Positions 37,980 to 48,100 are shown, numbered from the stretch's first letter. The stretch is 64,000 nt of DNA from an uncultured beta proteobacterium (GCA_963802355.1 CAWDIV010000021.1:41847-105846), one strand, 5' to 3'. Made by a program: numbers and translations. Notes: generated by a model not told the origin, from the sequence alone.

Positions 37980-39851
37980 CTACGCCGCCAGCGGCATGGC
38001 GCCTTGAGCTGGACCGGACGGCTGCACGGCGGCAGCCAGGCATGCATCGACCACCTCGCCACTGACCGTCTCGTGCTCGAGCAACTCGGCCGTCAGCCGT
38101 TCCAGCGCCGCGCGGTTCGCGAGCAGCAGCGTGGCGCATTCACGCTCGAGCGCCTTCGCGATTTCCCGCGCCTCGGCAATCACTTCGGGATACTCGGCAA
38201 GCCGGCGTTCCCGGTCCGGGAGACCGGCATAGCTGAAGGGCCCGATATTCCTGCTGAATCCGAATTCCGTCACCATGCGGTAGGCCATGTTCGAGACGTG
38301 CTCGAGGTCGTTCGCCGCGCCCGTCGAAATCGAATCGAGGACCAGCGCCTCCGCTCCGCGCCCGCCGAGCAGCATGGTCATGCGCGCTCTCACCTGAGCC
38401 TCGCTCTGCAGCGTAACGTCGTGATTTTCCGTGACAAGCGTGACGCCCAGCGCTCTGCCGCGCTTGAGGATGCTTACTTTCTCGACGATGCCGACATTCA
38501 GCAGCTTGGCGATCAGGGCGTGACCCGCCTCGTGCACTGCGATGCGCTGGCGTTCCGATATATTCATTGCCGAGTGGCCGGCGGAAGTTGCGCCGCCCAT
38601 GAGTTGCTGCTCGAGCACGCGGTGGAAATGATCCTGCTTGACCGCGGTCGCGCCTTCCTTCGCGGCGAACAGCGCTGCCGCATTCACCGCATTGGCGATC
38701 GCCGCGGGCGAGAGCCCGGTGGCAAGCCGCGCGAGCTGCCGGAAGTCCGCATTCCCTTCGGTCCGAAGCTGCCCCGCATACAAGGCGAATAGCGCCTCCC
38801 GCTCGTCGACGTTCGGTAGCGCGAGATTGCACATCCGGTCGAAACGGCCGGGCCGGACCATCGCCGAATCGAGGTTCTTCACGTTGTTGGTGGCGCCCAT
38901 GACGACGATACCCGAGGTCGGAGAGAAGCCGTCCAGCTCCACGAGCAGCGTATTGATGATGCGGTTGTTCTCCGTTTCCGCGGCCGAGCTGCTGCCGGAG
39001 CGCTTGCCGAGGCCGTCGATCTCGTCGATGAAGATGACGCACGGCGCCTGCTTGCGCGCCAGCGCGAAGAGCTTCTTCACGCGCCGCACCCCCACGCCGA
39101 GGAACATGTCGCTGAAGTCCCCGCCGGCGAGCGCGATGAACGGCACGCCCGCTTCTCCGGCCACCGCTCGCGCGAGCAGCGTCTTGCCGGACCCGGAGTG
39201 GCCTTCGAGCACGATGCCCTTCGGCGGCTTCGCTCCCAGCTCGGAAAATTTCCGGGGATTCTTGAGGTAGGCGACGATGTCCTGCAGCGCATCCTTCGCT
39301 TCCTCGACGCCGATCACGTCCACGAATCGCGTATCGGGTTTCCGCGCAGTCTTGAAGAAACCGCTGCGGACGGGATTCATGAGGAAGAGCATGTAGAGAA
39401 TCAGGATCGGACCGAGCAGCGAGATCCAGACGGGATCCTTGAGGTTCCGGTACACCCTGGTGAGGGGCGGCGCGGGGGGCTGCACATCGGTCAGCGCGAA
39501 CACCGTCGGCGCCGGGGTCGCGAGCTTGTCCTTCAGCAGCTCGGAGACGAGCGCGCGCTGGGTGTCTATCCGCACGTAGTAGCGGCCGCCATCTTTCAGG
39601 CTCACCAGCGCATATTCGGTGGAAAGTCCGATAGTCCGGGCAGCGCCCGTGCTCGCGTCCTGGCCGAGAGCGGTGATGTCGCGCTCGATCGCGAAGAAGC
39701 GGGCTGATTCATTTTCCATCGCCGTCACCTGTGGGTCCTTGCCCCGTTCCGGTGCATAGACCGTGAACCAGATGAGCGCCACCGATGCGGCGAGTGCGAG
39801 TATGGCGGCGCCAAGTTTCAGCGGCTTCGGCTTCAACAACAACCTATACAT
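37980..39851 (-). CDS. FtsH-like membrane AAA+ / M41 zinc metalloprotease paralogue
   Basis: Two TM helices around a domain of roughly 100 aa, Walker A GHSGSGKT, Walker B IFIDEID, second region of homology, HEAGHAL zinc site. Confidence 0.85.
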   Translation of the reverse strand: MYRLLLKPKPLKLGAAILALAASVALIWFTVYAPERGKDPQVTAMENESARFFAIERDITALGQDASTGAARTIGLSTEYALVSLKDGGRYYVRIDTQRALVSELLKDKLATPAPTVFALTDVQPPAPPLTRVYRNLKDPVWISLLGPILILYMLFLMNPVRSGFFKTARKPDTRFVDVIGVEEAKDALQDIVAYLKNPRKFSELGAKPPKGIVLEGHSGSGKTLLARAVAGEAGVPFIALAGGDFSDMFLGVGVRRVKKLFALARKQAPCVIFIDEIDGLGKRSGSSSAAETENNRIINTLLVELDGFSPTSGIVVMGATNNVKNLDSAMVRPGRFDRMCNLALPNVDEREALFALYAGQLRTEGNADFRQLARLATGLSPAAIANAVNAAALFAAKEGATAVKQDHFHRVLEQQLMGGATSAGHSAMNISERQRIAVHEAGHALIAKLLNVGIVEKVSILKRGRALGVTLVTENHDVTLQSEAQVRARMTMLLGGRGAEALVLDSISTGAANDLEHVSNMAYRMVTEFGFSRNIGPFSYAGLPDRERRLAEYPEVIAEAREIAKALERECATLLLANRAALERLTAELLEHETVSGEVVDACLAAAVQPSGPAQGAMPLAA

Positions 39852-40339
39852 GGTCCCCCCCAGCTATGCAGTGCTGCAATCATTGCGAGATTACGCGGTG
39901 CCTGGCCCCTCGCGCCTGCCAGATGATAAGCGGCGGGAACGCCGCCGCAAATCAGGTACTTCCCCTAGGGCCAGGTGCTAAAAACCCTAGGGCGGAGGAG
40001 GTAGTCGTTACGGGGTTCTGCGGAGGGCGCCTGCCTCTCGCGAGGCGGGCGTGTTACCGGAATTCATCCCGCGGGCCTGCCGAAACGTCACCTCCCATGT
40101 TCGGCAGGAGAATGCGAGCAAATATTATGCCCGACCAGCGTCTGCCTGTCGACGGAAACCCCGCTGAAATATGTAACGAAATTAACGGCATGCGTAGCGA
40201 TGTCGCGGGTCCGGGGAGATAGCCGGGGCCGTTGCGGCCGGGAGCTGTACAAATTGTCGATAGCGAGTGACAGCTTGCGTCGATTTCGCGGCAGGCATAA
40301 CGTTACTCGCAAAATACCCACCACTAGCAGGGAGGAGCC

Positions 40340-41659
40340 ATGACCAGCAATCGCTCGAAGCCAGAATGGCTGAAAGCGCCCGTAGTCGCCGCAAACGGGC
40401 TTCTGGACCGCCGTGCGTTTCTGAAAAAGGGCGCCGCAGCCGCGGCGGGGGGGATGGCGGGATACACGCTGGTCGACTCCGCCGCCGCGCAGGCGCTCAA
40501 AGACGATCCGTGGACTCAGCTGCCCGGCGTCAGCGTCCCCTCTTATGGCACCCGCTCCCGATTCGAGGAAAAAGTCACGCGCACGCTGAGCAACCCCAAG
40601 GGTGAGCCGCGCACCCAACACGCGCGCACCCCGCACCATCTCGTCAACGGGACGTTCACGCCGAACCCCCTGCATTTCGTGATTTCGCACTCCGGTGACC
40701 CGGACATAGACCCGGATCAGCACCGTCTGGTGATCCACGGCCTGGTGAAGCAGCCGCTGGTCTATACCCTCGATGCGCTCCACCGCTACCCCATGGTCTC
40801 GCGCATGACCTTCGTCGAATGCGGCGGTAACAGCGCGCCCCTGTTCGCCAAGGATCCGATCCAGGCCACCGTGCAGGCGCTCCACGGCCTCGTCTCCTGC
40901 GCCGAATACACGGGGGTGCCGCTCTCCACCTTGCTCGACGAAACCGGCATCGATCCGAAAGCGAAATGGATTGTCGCCGAAGGCGCGGATTCGCTCGCCT
41001 TAAGCCGCAGCACGCCGCTGACCAAGGCCTTGGACGACGCCATGATCGCGCTCTACCAGAACGGCGAGCGGCTGATGCCCGGAAACGGCTACCCGATGCG
41101 CCTGCTGCTGCCCGGCTGGGAAGGCAACATGAACGTGAAGTGGGTGCGGCGCATCCAGCTCACCGAGCAGCCGGCGATGACCTACTATGAATCCAGGACC
41201 TATACGCCGATCCTGCCGGACGGCAAGGCCTACCGCTTCTACTTCCTGCAGGAGGTGAAGTCGTTCATCACTCACCCGTCGTTCGGACTGAAAATGGGCG
41301 GACCGGGTTTTTACGAGATTTCCGGCATCGCCTATTCCGGTACCGGGCGAATTTCGAAAGTCATGGTATCGGCCGATGGCGGCAAGACCTGGGCGCAGGC
41401 GGCGCTCCAGGAGCCCGTGCTCTCCAAGGCCTTCACGCGATTTCGCGTGCCATGGCGTTGGGACGGCGGCCCTGCCGTATTGCAAAGCCGTGCGTGGGAC
41501 GAGGGCGGCAACGTGCAGCCGACCCGCGCGCAGATCGTGTCTCATCGTGGCCAGAGCGAGAGAACACCGCCCCCGACGGCCTTTATCAGCCAGCACTACA
41601 ACGGCCCCACGAGCTGGGCGATCGAGCGTAACGGCGAGGTGAAGCATGTTTTCGCGTAA
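40340..41659 (+). CDS. sorA: Molybdopterin sulfite dehydrogenase catalytic subunit (SorA/SoxC-like), Tat-exported
   Basis: DRRAFLKKGAAAAAGG Tat leader; sulfite-oxidase-family core (FVECGGNS, LLLPGWEGNMNVKWVRRI); GGAGG upstream. Confidence 0.8.
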   Translation: MTSNRSKPEWLKAPVVAANGLLDRRAFLKKGAAAAAGGMAGYTLVDSAAAQALKDDPWTQLPGVSVPSYGTRSRFEEKVTRTLSNPKGEPRTQHARTPHHLVNGTFTPNPLHFVISHSGDPDIDPDQHRLVIHGLVKQPLVYTLDALHRYPMVSRMTFVECGGNSAPLFAKDPIQATVQALHGLVSCAEYTGVPLSTLLDETGIDPKAKWIVAEGADSLALSRSTPLTKALDDAMIALYQNGERLMPGNGYPMRLLLPGWEGNMNVKWVRRIQLTEQPAMTYYESRTYTPILPDGKAYRFYFLQEVKSFITHPSFGLKMGGPGFYEISGIAYSGTGRISKVMVSADGGKTWAQAALQEPVLSKAFTRFRVPWRWDGGPAVLQSRAWDEGGNVQPTRAQIVSHRGQSERTPPPTAFISQHYNGPTSWAIERNGEVKHVFA

Positions 41660-42173
41660 GCCTCTGATCCTTTCCGCCATGCTCGCGCTCGCGTCGAGCG
41701 CTTACGCCCAGCAGTCGCCGAATCTCGGCAAACCGGTCAGCGCGGCCGACCTCGCGGCCTGGGACCTCCACATTCTGCCGGATGGCACCGGGCTCCCGCC
41801 CGGCAGCGGCACCCCCGCCCAGGGCGCAAAGATCTACGCGGAAAAATGCGTCGCGTGCCACGGCGAAAACGGCAAAGGCGGGCACAGTGCGGCGCTCGTC
41901 GGCGGTACGCCGATCAGGAACATGGATTCGGTGCGGCACATTGCCAATTTCTGGCCCTACGCCACGACCATTTTCGACTTCACCCGGCGGGCGATGCCCT
42001 GGCAGCAACCGAGGACGCTCACCAACGACGAAGTCTACGCGCTGACCGCCTACATCCTCGCGCTGAACAAGTTGATCGGCGAGAACGACATGATGGACGC
42101 GAAGACGCTGCCCAAAGTGCAGATGCCGAACCGGGACGGGTTCATCATCCGGTTTCCCGAGAGAACGCCGTAA
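41646..42173 (+). CDS. sorB: Mono-haem cytochrome c subunit (SorB/SoxD-like)
   Basis: Signal peptide, CVACHG haem motif, 14-nt overlap with the sorA-like gene. Confidence 0.8.
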   Translation: MFSRKPLILSAMLALASSAYAQQSPNLGKPVSAADLAAWDLHILPDGTGLPPGSGTPAQGAKIYAEKCVACHGENGKGGHSAALVGGTPIRNMDSVRHIANFWPYATTIFDFTRRAMPWQQPRTLTNDEVYALTAYILALNKLIGENDMMDAKTLPKVQMPNRDGFIIRFPERTP

Positions 42174-42281
42174 AGCCCGCATGTTTCGCAGGCACTGAGA
42201 CCGCCGGTTTCTTGACGCGGCACGGCTTCGATTAACGCCGGAGCACGCGGGCTGATTTTTGGGCTAATCAATCACCCATTA

Positions 42282-42361
42282 CAGCCTGTCGGTTTCGGCG
42301 CTGCCAAGAGCGACTACCTACGCATTCGTACCGATCGCTCATCAGGCGAGTCCGACAGGCT
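42282..42361 (-). repeat. 80-bp hairpin repeat (CAGCCTGTCGG ... CCGACAGGCT), copy 1
   Basis: Collinear with 62760-62840, including the core CAAGMGCGACTA...ACCGATCGYTCAT; overlaps the dioxygenase stop codon by 2 nt. Confidence 0.75.
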
Positions 42362-43064
42362 ACTGCATTCCGATATCGAATGTCGCAGCCATGCCCTGCC
42401 CTTGCTCCTGGACCGCGAGCAGCAGTTGCGACCCGCCCCGCCGGTACAGGCCGTCGCCGCCATTTTTGAGCGTGCGTGGCCCCCGGCTCGCATACGGGGC
42501 GTTCGCGAGCACCCGGTCGGTCAGCGCGTCATCGAAATAGAGCTGGGAGGTGAATTCCTCCCGCCGCGCGGCTGAGCGGCCGGCGCGTATCGTGAAATGC
42601 AGGTGCACCGTTCTGCCGGGATACCATCCGGGATAGATCGTGGTGAACCGCGCCGTGCCTGTAGCGTCCGTCACCTGATAGCCGCGCAGGAATTTCTGCG
42701 CGGTCGTGTCGGCGCCCGGATCCCTGACGCCCGAATAGACGCCAAGGGCGTCGCACTGCCACAGCTCGACGTGCGCGTTCGGCAGTGGTGCACACCCGCC
42801 TCCGTCCACTCGTGAAACCCGGAACGTCAATTGCAGCGGCAAGCCCGGCTTGACGGCGCCGGTCGCCGGGTCCGACCGGATATCGGAGCGATTCAGGCCC
42901 GTGTCCACGAAGAACGGCCCCTCCATCTGCTGCGGCCGCACGATGCATGAGGGCTTGTCCTGCGCCGCGGCGGAAAAGCTGCGACCGAGCATCGCCGCGC
43001 CCATCAACGCCAGCAACTCGCGACGAGTAAGCAACCGTCCGATAGGGGTGTCGTCGTCTTCCAT
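42360..43064 (-). CDS. Tat-exported intradiol ring-cleavage dioxygenase-family protein
   Basis: LLTRRELLALMGAA leader; LWQCDALGVYS, GWYPGRTVHLHF motifs. Confidence 0.8.
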   Translation of the reverse strand: MEDDDTPIGRLLTRRELLALMGAAMLGRSFSAAAQDKPSCIVRPQQMEGPFFVDTGLNRSDIRSDPATGAVKPGLPLQLTFRVSRVDGGGCAPLPNAHVELWQCDALGVYSGVRDPGADTTAQKFLRGYQVTDATGTARFTTIYPGWYPGRTVHLHFTIRAGRSAARREEFTSQLYFDDALTDRVLANAPYASRGPRTLKNGGDGLYRRGGSQLLLAVQEQGQGMAATFDIGMQ

Positions 43065-43192
43065 GGCGTGAGTATGGACCTGGCCTCCGCGGGCTGCTAC
43101 CGGGAACGCAGCCGGGGACAATAAAAAGGGCAAGGTCGCCCCTGACCTTTTGACCTATCGAGCGCTATTCGTTCTGGTTTTTACTCCCACGC

Positions 43193-43522
43193 TTACCGAG
43201 TGCCGGTGCGAGCACGCTCCGCCTGCAGCTTTTCCGCACGGTTGCGCAATTCGGCCCGTTCTTCCTTGGTCAGTTCAGTGGGTTTCGACGCGGCGGTCTG
43301 CATGGCTGCCGCCTTCCCTGGCGTGGCCGATTGAGTGCTCCGCTCTACTCTCGGCGCCGGATGAGTCGCACGCTCTGCCTTCATCTTTTCCGCCCTGTTC
43401 CGCATTTCCGCACGCTCTTCCTTGGTCAGTTCCTCCTTCTTCTTCGCGGCGTCCTGGGCAAAGCCCGCGGCTGAACCGAGAGCAAAGGCTGAGGCGACGA
43501 CAACTGCTGCTAACTTGTGCAT
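43193..43522 (-). CDS. Secreted helical repeat protein (two copies of ELTKEERAE[ML]RNRAEK[ML].AERA)
   Basis: Signal peptide MHKLAAVVVASAFALGSAAGFAQ; internal duplication visible at the DNA and protein level. Confidence 0.6.
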   Translation of the reverse strand: MHKLAAVVVASAFALGSAAGFAQDAAKKKEELTKEERAEMRNRAEKMKAERATHPAPRVERSTQSATPGKAAAMQTAASKPTELTKEERAELRNRAEKLQAERARTGTR

Positions 43523-43688
43523 GGTGACTCCTCGAAATGGTTGAATAACTAAGATGGCTACTGAGAGCCATGGTTCCATAACGCGGACGTTGACCTGGGG
43601 GTTTACTTGCCGCCGATGCTCCGGCGCCAATTCTTAGTCATGCCGCCCCGAAAAACCGCACAGCCGTCTTACCACTGAAACATGCGGG

Positions 43689-46600
43689 CTAGAACTCCGT
43701 GCTGGCGAGTAACGCCGTGTTGCCGCCAACCGCGGCGGTATTGATCGTCAGCGTGCGCTCGACAACGAAGCGCTGAAGGTAGTTGGGGCCGCCTGCTTTC
43801 GGCCCGGTGCCGGACAGGCGCTCGCCGCCAAACGGCTGCACTCCCACAACGGCGCCGATCATATTGCGGTTGACGTACGTGTTGCCGACGCCCACGCGCT
43901 CCGTCACCTGGTCGACCAGCCGGTCGAGGCGGCTCTGGATCCCCAAGGTCAAACCATACCCGGTGCCATTGATGGCATCCACGACGTCAGCCAGTTTTCC
44001 GGCCTCGAACCGCATGACGTGCAGGACCTGGGCCGAACACTTCCCGGGACGGGATATCCTCTATGCCGATTTCGACCGCCACGGGCGCGACGTAATGCCC
44101 ATGCTCGAGCCCGTGCGGGAGCGGGGCTTCGGCGATGAGCCGGCCTTTGCGCTTGAGATTGCCTATGTACTGGAGGAGATGTTCCTTCGCCTCGCTGTCG
44201 ATTACCGGGCCCACGTCGGTTCCGGCCAAGGCAGGGTCGCCGAGGTTGAGCTCGTGCATCGCCCCTTGCAGCAACTTCACGACGCGCGGCGCGATATCCT
44301 GCTGCAAAAAGAGCAATCGCAAAGACGAACAGCGCTGCCCGGCGCTCTGAAACGCGGACGTGAGGACATCGGCTACCACCTGTTCCGGCAGCGCCGAGGA
44401 GTCGACGATCATCGCGTTCTGCCCGCCGGTTTCCGCGATGAACGGAATGATCGGTCCTGGCCGCGCGGCCAGGGCAGCATTGATAGCCCTCGCGGTCTCC
44501 ACCGATCCCGTAAAAACCACTCCGGCGATGCGCGCATCGGACACCAACCGCGCACCGGTCGTTTCTCCCGGCCCGGGCACGAGCCTGAGGACGTTGCCCG
44601 GGACGCCGGCCTCGTGCAGGATGGCAACCGCAGCGGATGCGGCGAGCGGCGTTTGTTCCGCGGGCTTCGCCACGACAGCGTTGCCCGCCACCAGGGCGGC
44701 GGAGACCTGGCCCGTGAAGATGGCAAGCGGGAAGTTCCACGGGCTGATGCAGGCGAACACGCCCCGGCCGTGGTAGGTGAGCGCGTTTGCTTCCCCCGTG
44801 GGTCCGGGCAGACGGACGGTCGCGAGATCCCGCCGCGCGCGCACCGCATAGTAGCGGCAGAAATCTACGGCCTCCCGCACTTCCGCCACGGCGTCGGGCT
44901 GAGTTTTCCCTGCCTCGCGCGCGCACAGGACCACGAGATCGCGAAAGCGCTTTTCCATGAGGTCGGCGGCGCGCTCCAGGCAAACTGCGCGATCATCCAC
45001 GGCCTGCAGACGCCACGAGTCAGCGCTCCCGTAGGCCGCGAAAAGCGCCTCTTCCAGCAAGTCTTCCGCTTCGGAAACCGAGCCGACGATGCGGCGCGTG
45101 TCACAGGGCTCCACCACGACGCGCAGGTGGTCAGGCGCTTGCGTAGTATCCGGATGAGGGGTTGCTTGTCGCGCGCGGGCGACTGCCGCAGCGATTTCTT
45201 CCTGCACGATCTCATCTGCAAGATCGAGTGTCGTCGAATTGTTTCGGTCCAAGAACAGCCGCGGTGGCGGCGGCACGTTCGGGTTTCGGACATAAGGCGT
45301 GGCGACCATGGCGATCGGGTCGGCCACCAGCGACTCCAGGGGAACCGACGGATCGCTGATCCGATGCACGAACGAGCTGTTGGCGCCGTTTTCCAGTATG
45401 CGGCGGACCAGATACGGCATGAGCTCGCGATAACGCCCGACAGGCGCGTAGACGCGGCAGCGTACCCCGAGGGGTTGTTCTTCCATCACGTCCTGGTAGA
45501 GCGCGTCGCCCATGCCGTAGAGCTTCTGGAATTCGAAGCCCGACGTGTCGCCCGCCAGCTCCAGTATCGCGGCGAACGTCGCGATGTTGTGCGTCGCAAA
45601 CTGCGGATAGATTCCGGATCGCGCGGCCAGCAGGCGCCGCGCGCAGGCCAGGTAAGAGACATCCGTCGCCGCCTTGCGGGTGAATACAGGGTAATCGGAC
45701 ACGCCATTCTGCTGAGCGACCTTGATCTCGGTATCCCAGTAAGCACCCTTCACGAGACGCACGCCGATCCGGCAGCCGTGGAAGGACGCGAGCACCCTCA
45801 GCCAGTCGATGACATGAAGCGCGCGCTTTTGATACGCCTGAACGGCAAGGCCGAGCCCGGTCCATCCCTGCAGGTCCGCGGCCTTTGCGAGTTCCTCGAA
45901 CAGGCGCAGAGACAGCATCAGGCGGTCGGATTCTTCGGCATCGATGGTGAGTGAAAGATTGCGGGAGCTGGCGCTGCGAGCGAGCTCGTGCAACCGCGGA
46001 AGAAGCTCCTGCAGTACCTGCGCGGCCTTCTGCGGCTCGTACCGTGGATGTAGAGCGGAGAGCTTGATCGAGATTCCCGGGTTCTGGTAGGGGTCGCCCG
46101 CGCGCGCGACGTTGCCCAGCTCGCGTATCGCGTCAGCGTAGGCGTTGAAATAATCATCCGCGTCGGATCGAGTCCGCGCCGCCTCGCCCAGCATATCGAA
46201 AGAATGGGTGTAGCCGGCGCCGCGGGCCGCCTCCACGTTAGCGAGCGCCTCGCTTATGGTCTCGCCCACGACGAACTGGCGCGCCATGATTTGCATCGCC
46301 TGTCTGACGGCGGCGCGGACCACAGGCTCGCCCGCGCGCGCAATCAGGTTCTTGATCAGAGAAAGCGGATCGTCCGTAAGCTCATCGCGCCACGATACGA
46401 GCTTGCCGGTGAGCAGCAGTCCCCACGTCGGCGCATTGAGGAGCAGCGGCCCTTCCCCCGGCCTCTCCTCATTCCACCCAAGCCTCCCGAGCTTGTCGCG
46501 GATCAACTCGTCCGCCGTGCGCTTGTCGGGCACGCGCAGCAGCGTTTCAGCCAGGCACATCAGCACGACGCCCTCATGACTGGCCAATCCATAGCGGCCG

Positions 46601-46887
46601 AGAAAAGACTCGGCGGAAAGCGACGTCCGATGCTTCTCGCGCACGCGAGCGGCCAGCTCGAGAGCGCGCCGGCTTGCCCGCGCTTGTTGCTCGGGGAGGA
46701 GCGCGGCGGCTTCAGCGAGAATCGCGACCAGCGGTCCTTCATCTACCCGGTAAGCGCGATGAATCGCTTCCCTGGCCCGATCCAGTACGGATGCAGGCGC
46801 TGGTGAGGATGATTCTGTGGCGAAATGATGCGAATTTCCCTGCATCACAGGCTCGTTCATGGGTGTCAACGAACTTCCCCGAAGCAT
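43689..46887 (-). pseudogene. putA: Bifunctional proline dehydrogenase / P5C dehydrogenase PutA, frame broken once near 44028
   Basis: The 966-aa ORF ends ...EVFGPGPARHAVRGRKTG. The expected EVFGP-VLHVMRFEAGKLADVVDAINGTGYGLT... continues in the +1 frame (ORF 43689-44015). Confidence 0.85.
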
Positions 46888-46970
46888 GCGTTACTTTGAC
46901 TACAATTGCGTCACTATTATCCCTGGTGAGCCGCGGGCTGTAAGCTGAGAGCTACGATCTGTAGGTGGAC

Positions 46971-46998
46971 CTCATCCCTCATCCCTCATCCCTAACAC
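46971..46998 (-). repeat. CTCATCC heptamer array (GGATGAG on the minus strand), 3 to 4 units
   Basis: ctcatcc x3 then ctaacac, between the putA start and the EEP gene. Confidence 0.7.
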
Positions 46999-47011
46999 CT
47001 CAGAGGCCTGG

Positions 47012-47416
47012 ATGCGATTTCGAGCGGCCACGCTCAATCTGGAGCAGGATCACAAGCGCTGGGATGCCCGCCGCGAGCTCGTCCTCGAGCAGTTGGCTGC
47101 GCTCCGGCCGGACGTTATGGCGTTGAACGAGGTATGCGTTCCGCTGCAAACGGCGCGGCCATCAGCCGCCCTGATGGCGACACGTTTCCGGCCGACGCAG
47201 ACCGCGCCCACGGCGTTCACCCCACTCTCCGACAGCAATGGCGAGGTTTCCCATTCCGGCCGCGCCCGCATGGACCGCTGCATAGACTTCGTCTGGGTAT
47301 CCAGCGCCGTGCGTGCCTGCGAAAGCGGCGTATGCTTCAATCAGCCGAGCGCCGGCGACGCATCGCTCTGGCCCTCCGATCACGCGGGTGTGTGGGCGGA
47401 CCTGGAAGTCGGGTGA
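47012..47416 (+). pseudogene. Endonuclease/exonuclease/phosphatase (EEP) family remnant with an internal deletion
   Basis: The N-terminal ATLNLEQD...PDVMALNEV and C-terminal RIDFVWVS...SDHAGVWADLE motifs are present, but the ORF is only 134 aa. Confidence 0.6.
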
Positions 47417-47440
47417 CGGGTGACGAGTGACGAGTGACGC
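47413..47440 (+). repeat. GTGACGR heptamer array (4 units) filling the gap between two genes
   Basis: gtgacgg gtgacga gtgacga gtgacgc; the EEP stop codon TGA (47414-47416) is inside unit 1. Confidence 0.85.
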
Positions 47441-47441
47441 A

Positions 47442-48098
47442 ATGCGTTTCCTGGGCCACGCATTGTTCTCTGCCAGCCTGGCGCTGGGAGCGCCCGTCCT
47501 GGCGGCGGAGACAGCACGCGTGGTCGAAACACACTCCATTTCGGGGGAACGGCTTTCCGGAACACAAGGCGCTACGCACGATCTGGCTCTGCACCTGTTC
47601 ACTTTCCAAGGCACGCGCTGGCTGCCCGGCGACATAGCGATGGCAGTGTGGGAGGCGATGCGCCCGCTCGATCAGTGCGGCATTGCGTTCTCGGGAGCCG
47701 AGCTGCGACTGCTCGACGCGCCGGACCGGTTCCGTTTCTATTCCACGCCGGTGTCCAGAGAACTACTGCGCGGGATGACGGTTGCCAAGCCCGCGATTTT
47801 CTTCGTCGAGGACACGCGCAATCAGCCGGCGTACGACGCGGAGGCGGTCGGCCAGGGAAATTCCGCGACGCGCCGCGAGCTCGTGAATACTGTCTGGATC
47901 GCATACGGCGCGCGGGACCTGCCGCTCGCTCTCGCCCACGAGCTCGTGCACTTGTTGTCCGACAGCGGCGACCATAGCGACGAACCCGGCAACCTCATGC
48001 AGCCAGAATCATCGCCGGAGAATACCCGGCTGTCCGACACGCAGTGCCAGCGCTTGCGCGCGCGCGGCGAAGCGAACGGGCTGCTGAAACGTCGCTGA
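47442..48098 (+). CDS. Secreted hypothetical protein with an HExxH-like motif (possible zinc metallopeptidase)
   Basis: Signal peptide MRFLGHALFSASLALGAPVLAA; LALAHELVHLLSDSGDH. Confidence 0.5.
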   Translation: MRFLGHALFSASLALGAPVLAAETARVVETHSISGERLSGTQGATHDLALHLFTFQGTRWLPGDIAMAVWEAMRPLDQCGIAFSGAELRLLDAPDRFRFYSTPVSRELLRGMTVAKPAIFFVEDTRNQPAYDAEAVGQGNSATRRELVNTVWIAYGARDLPLALAHELVHLLSDSGDHSDEPGNLMQPESSPENTRLSDTQCQRLRARGEANGLLKRR

Positions 48099-48100
48099 GC

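Noticed and set aside
39990-40339. Possible Moco riboswitch upstream of the molybdoenzyme sorA-like gene
   Set aside because: I could not recognise the conserved Moco-motif helices or loops by eye. It would need a cmscan run before any claim.
43783-45954. 723-aa ORF antisense to putA
   Set aside because: Same reasoning: putA on the minus strand explains the region, and the plus-strand product is Arg-rich junk.
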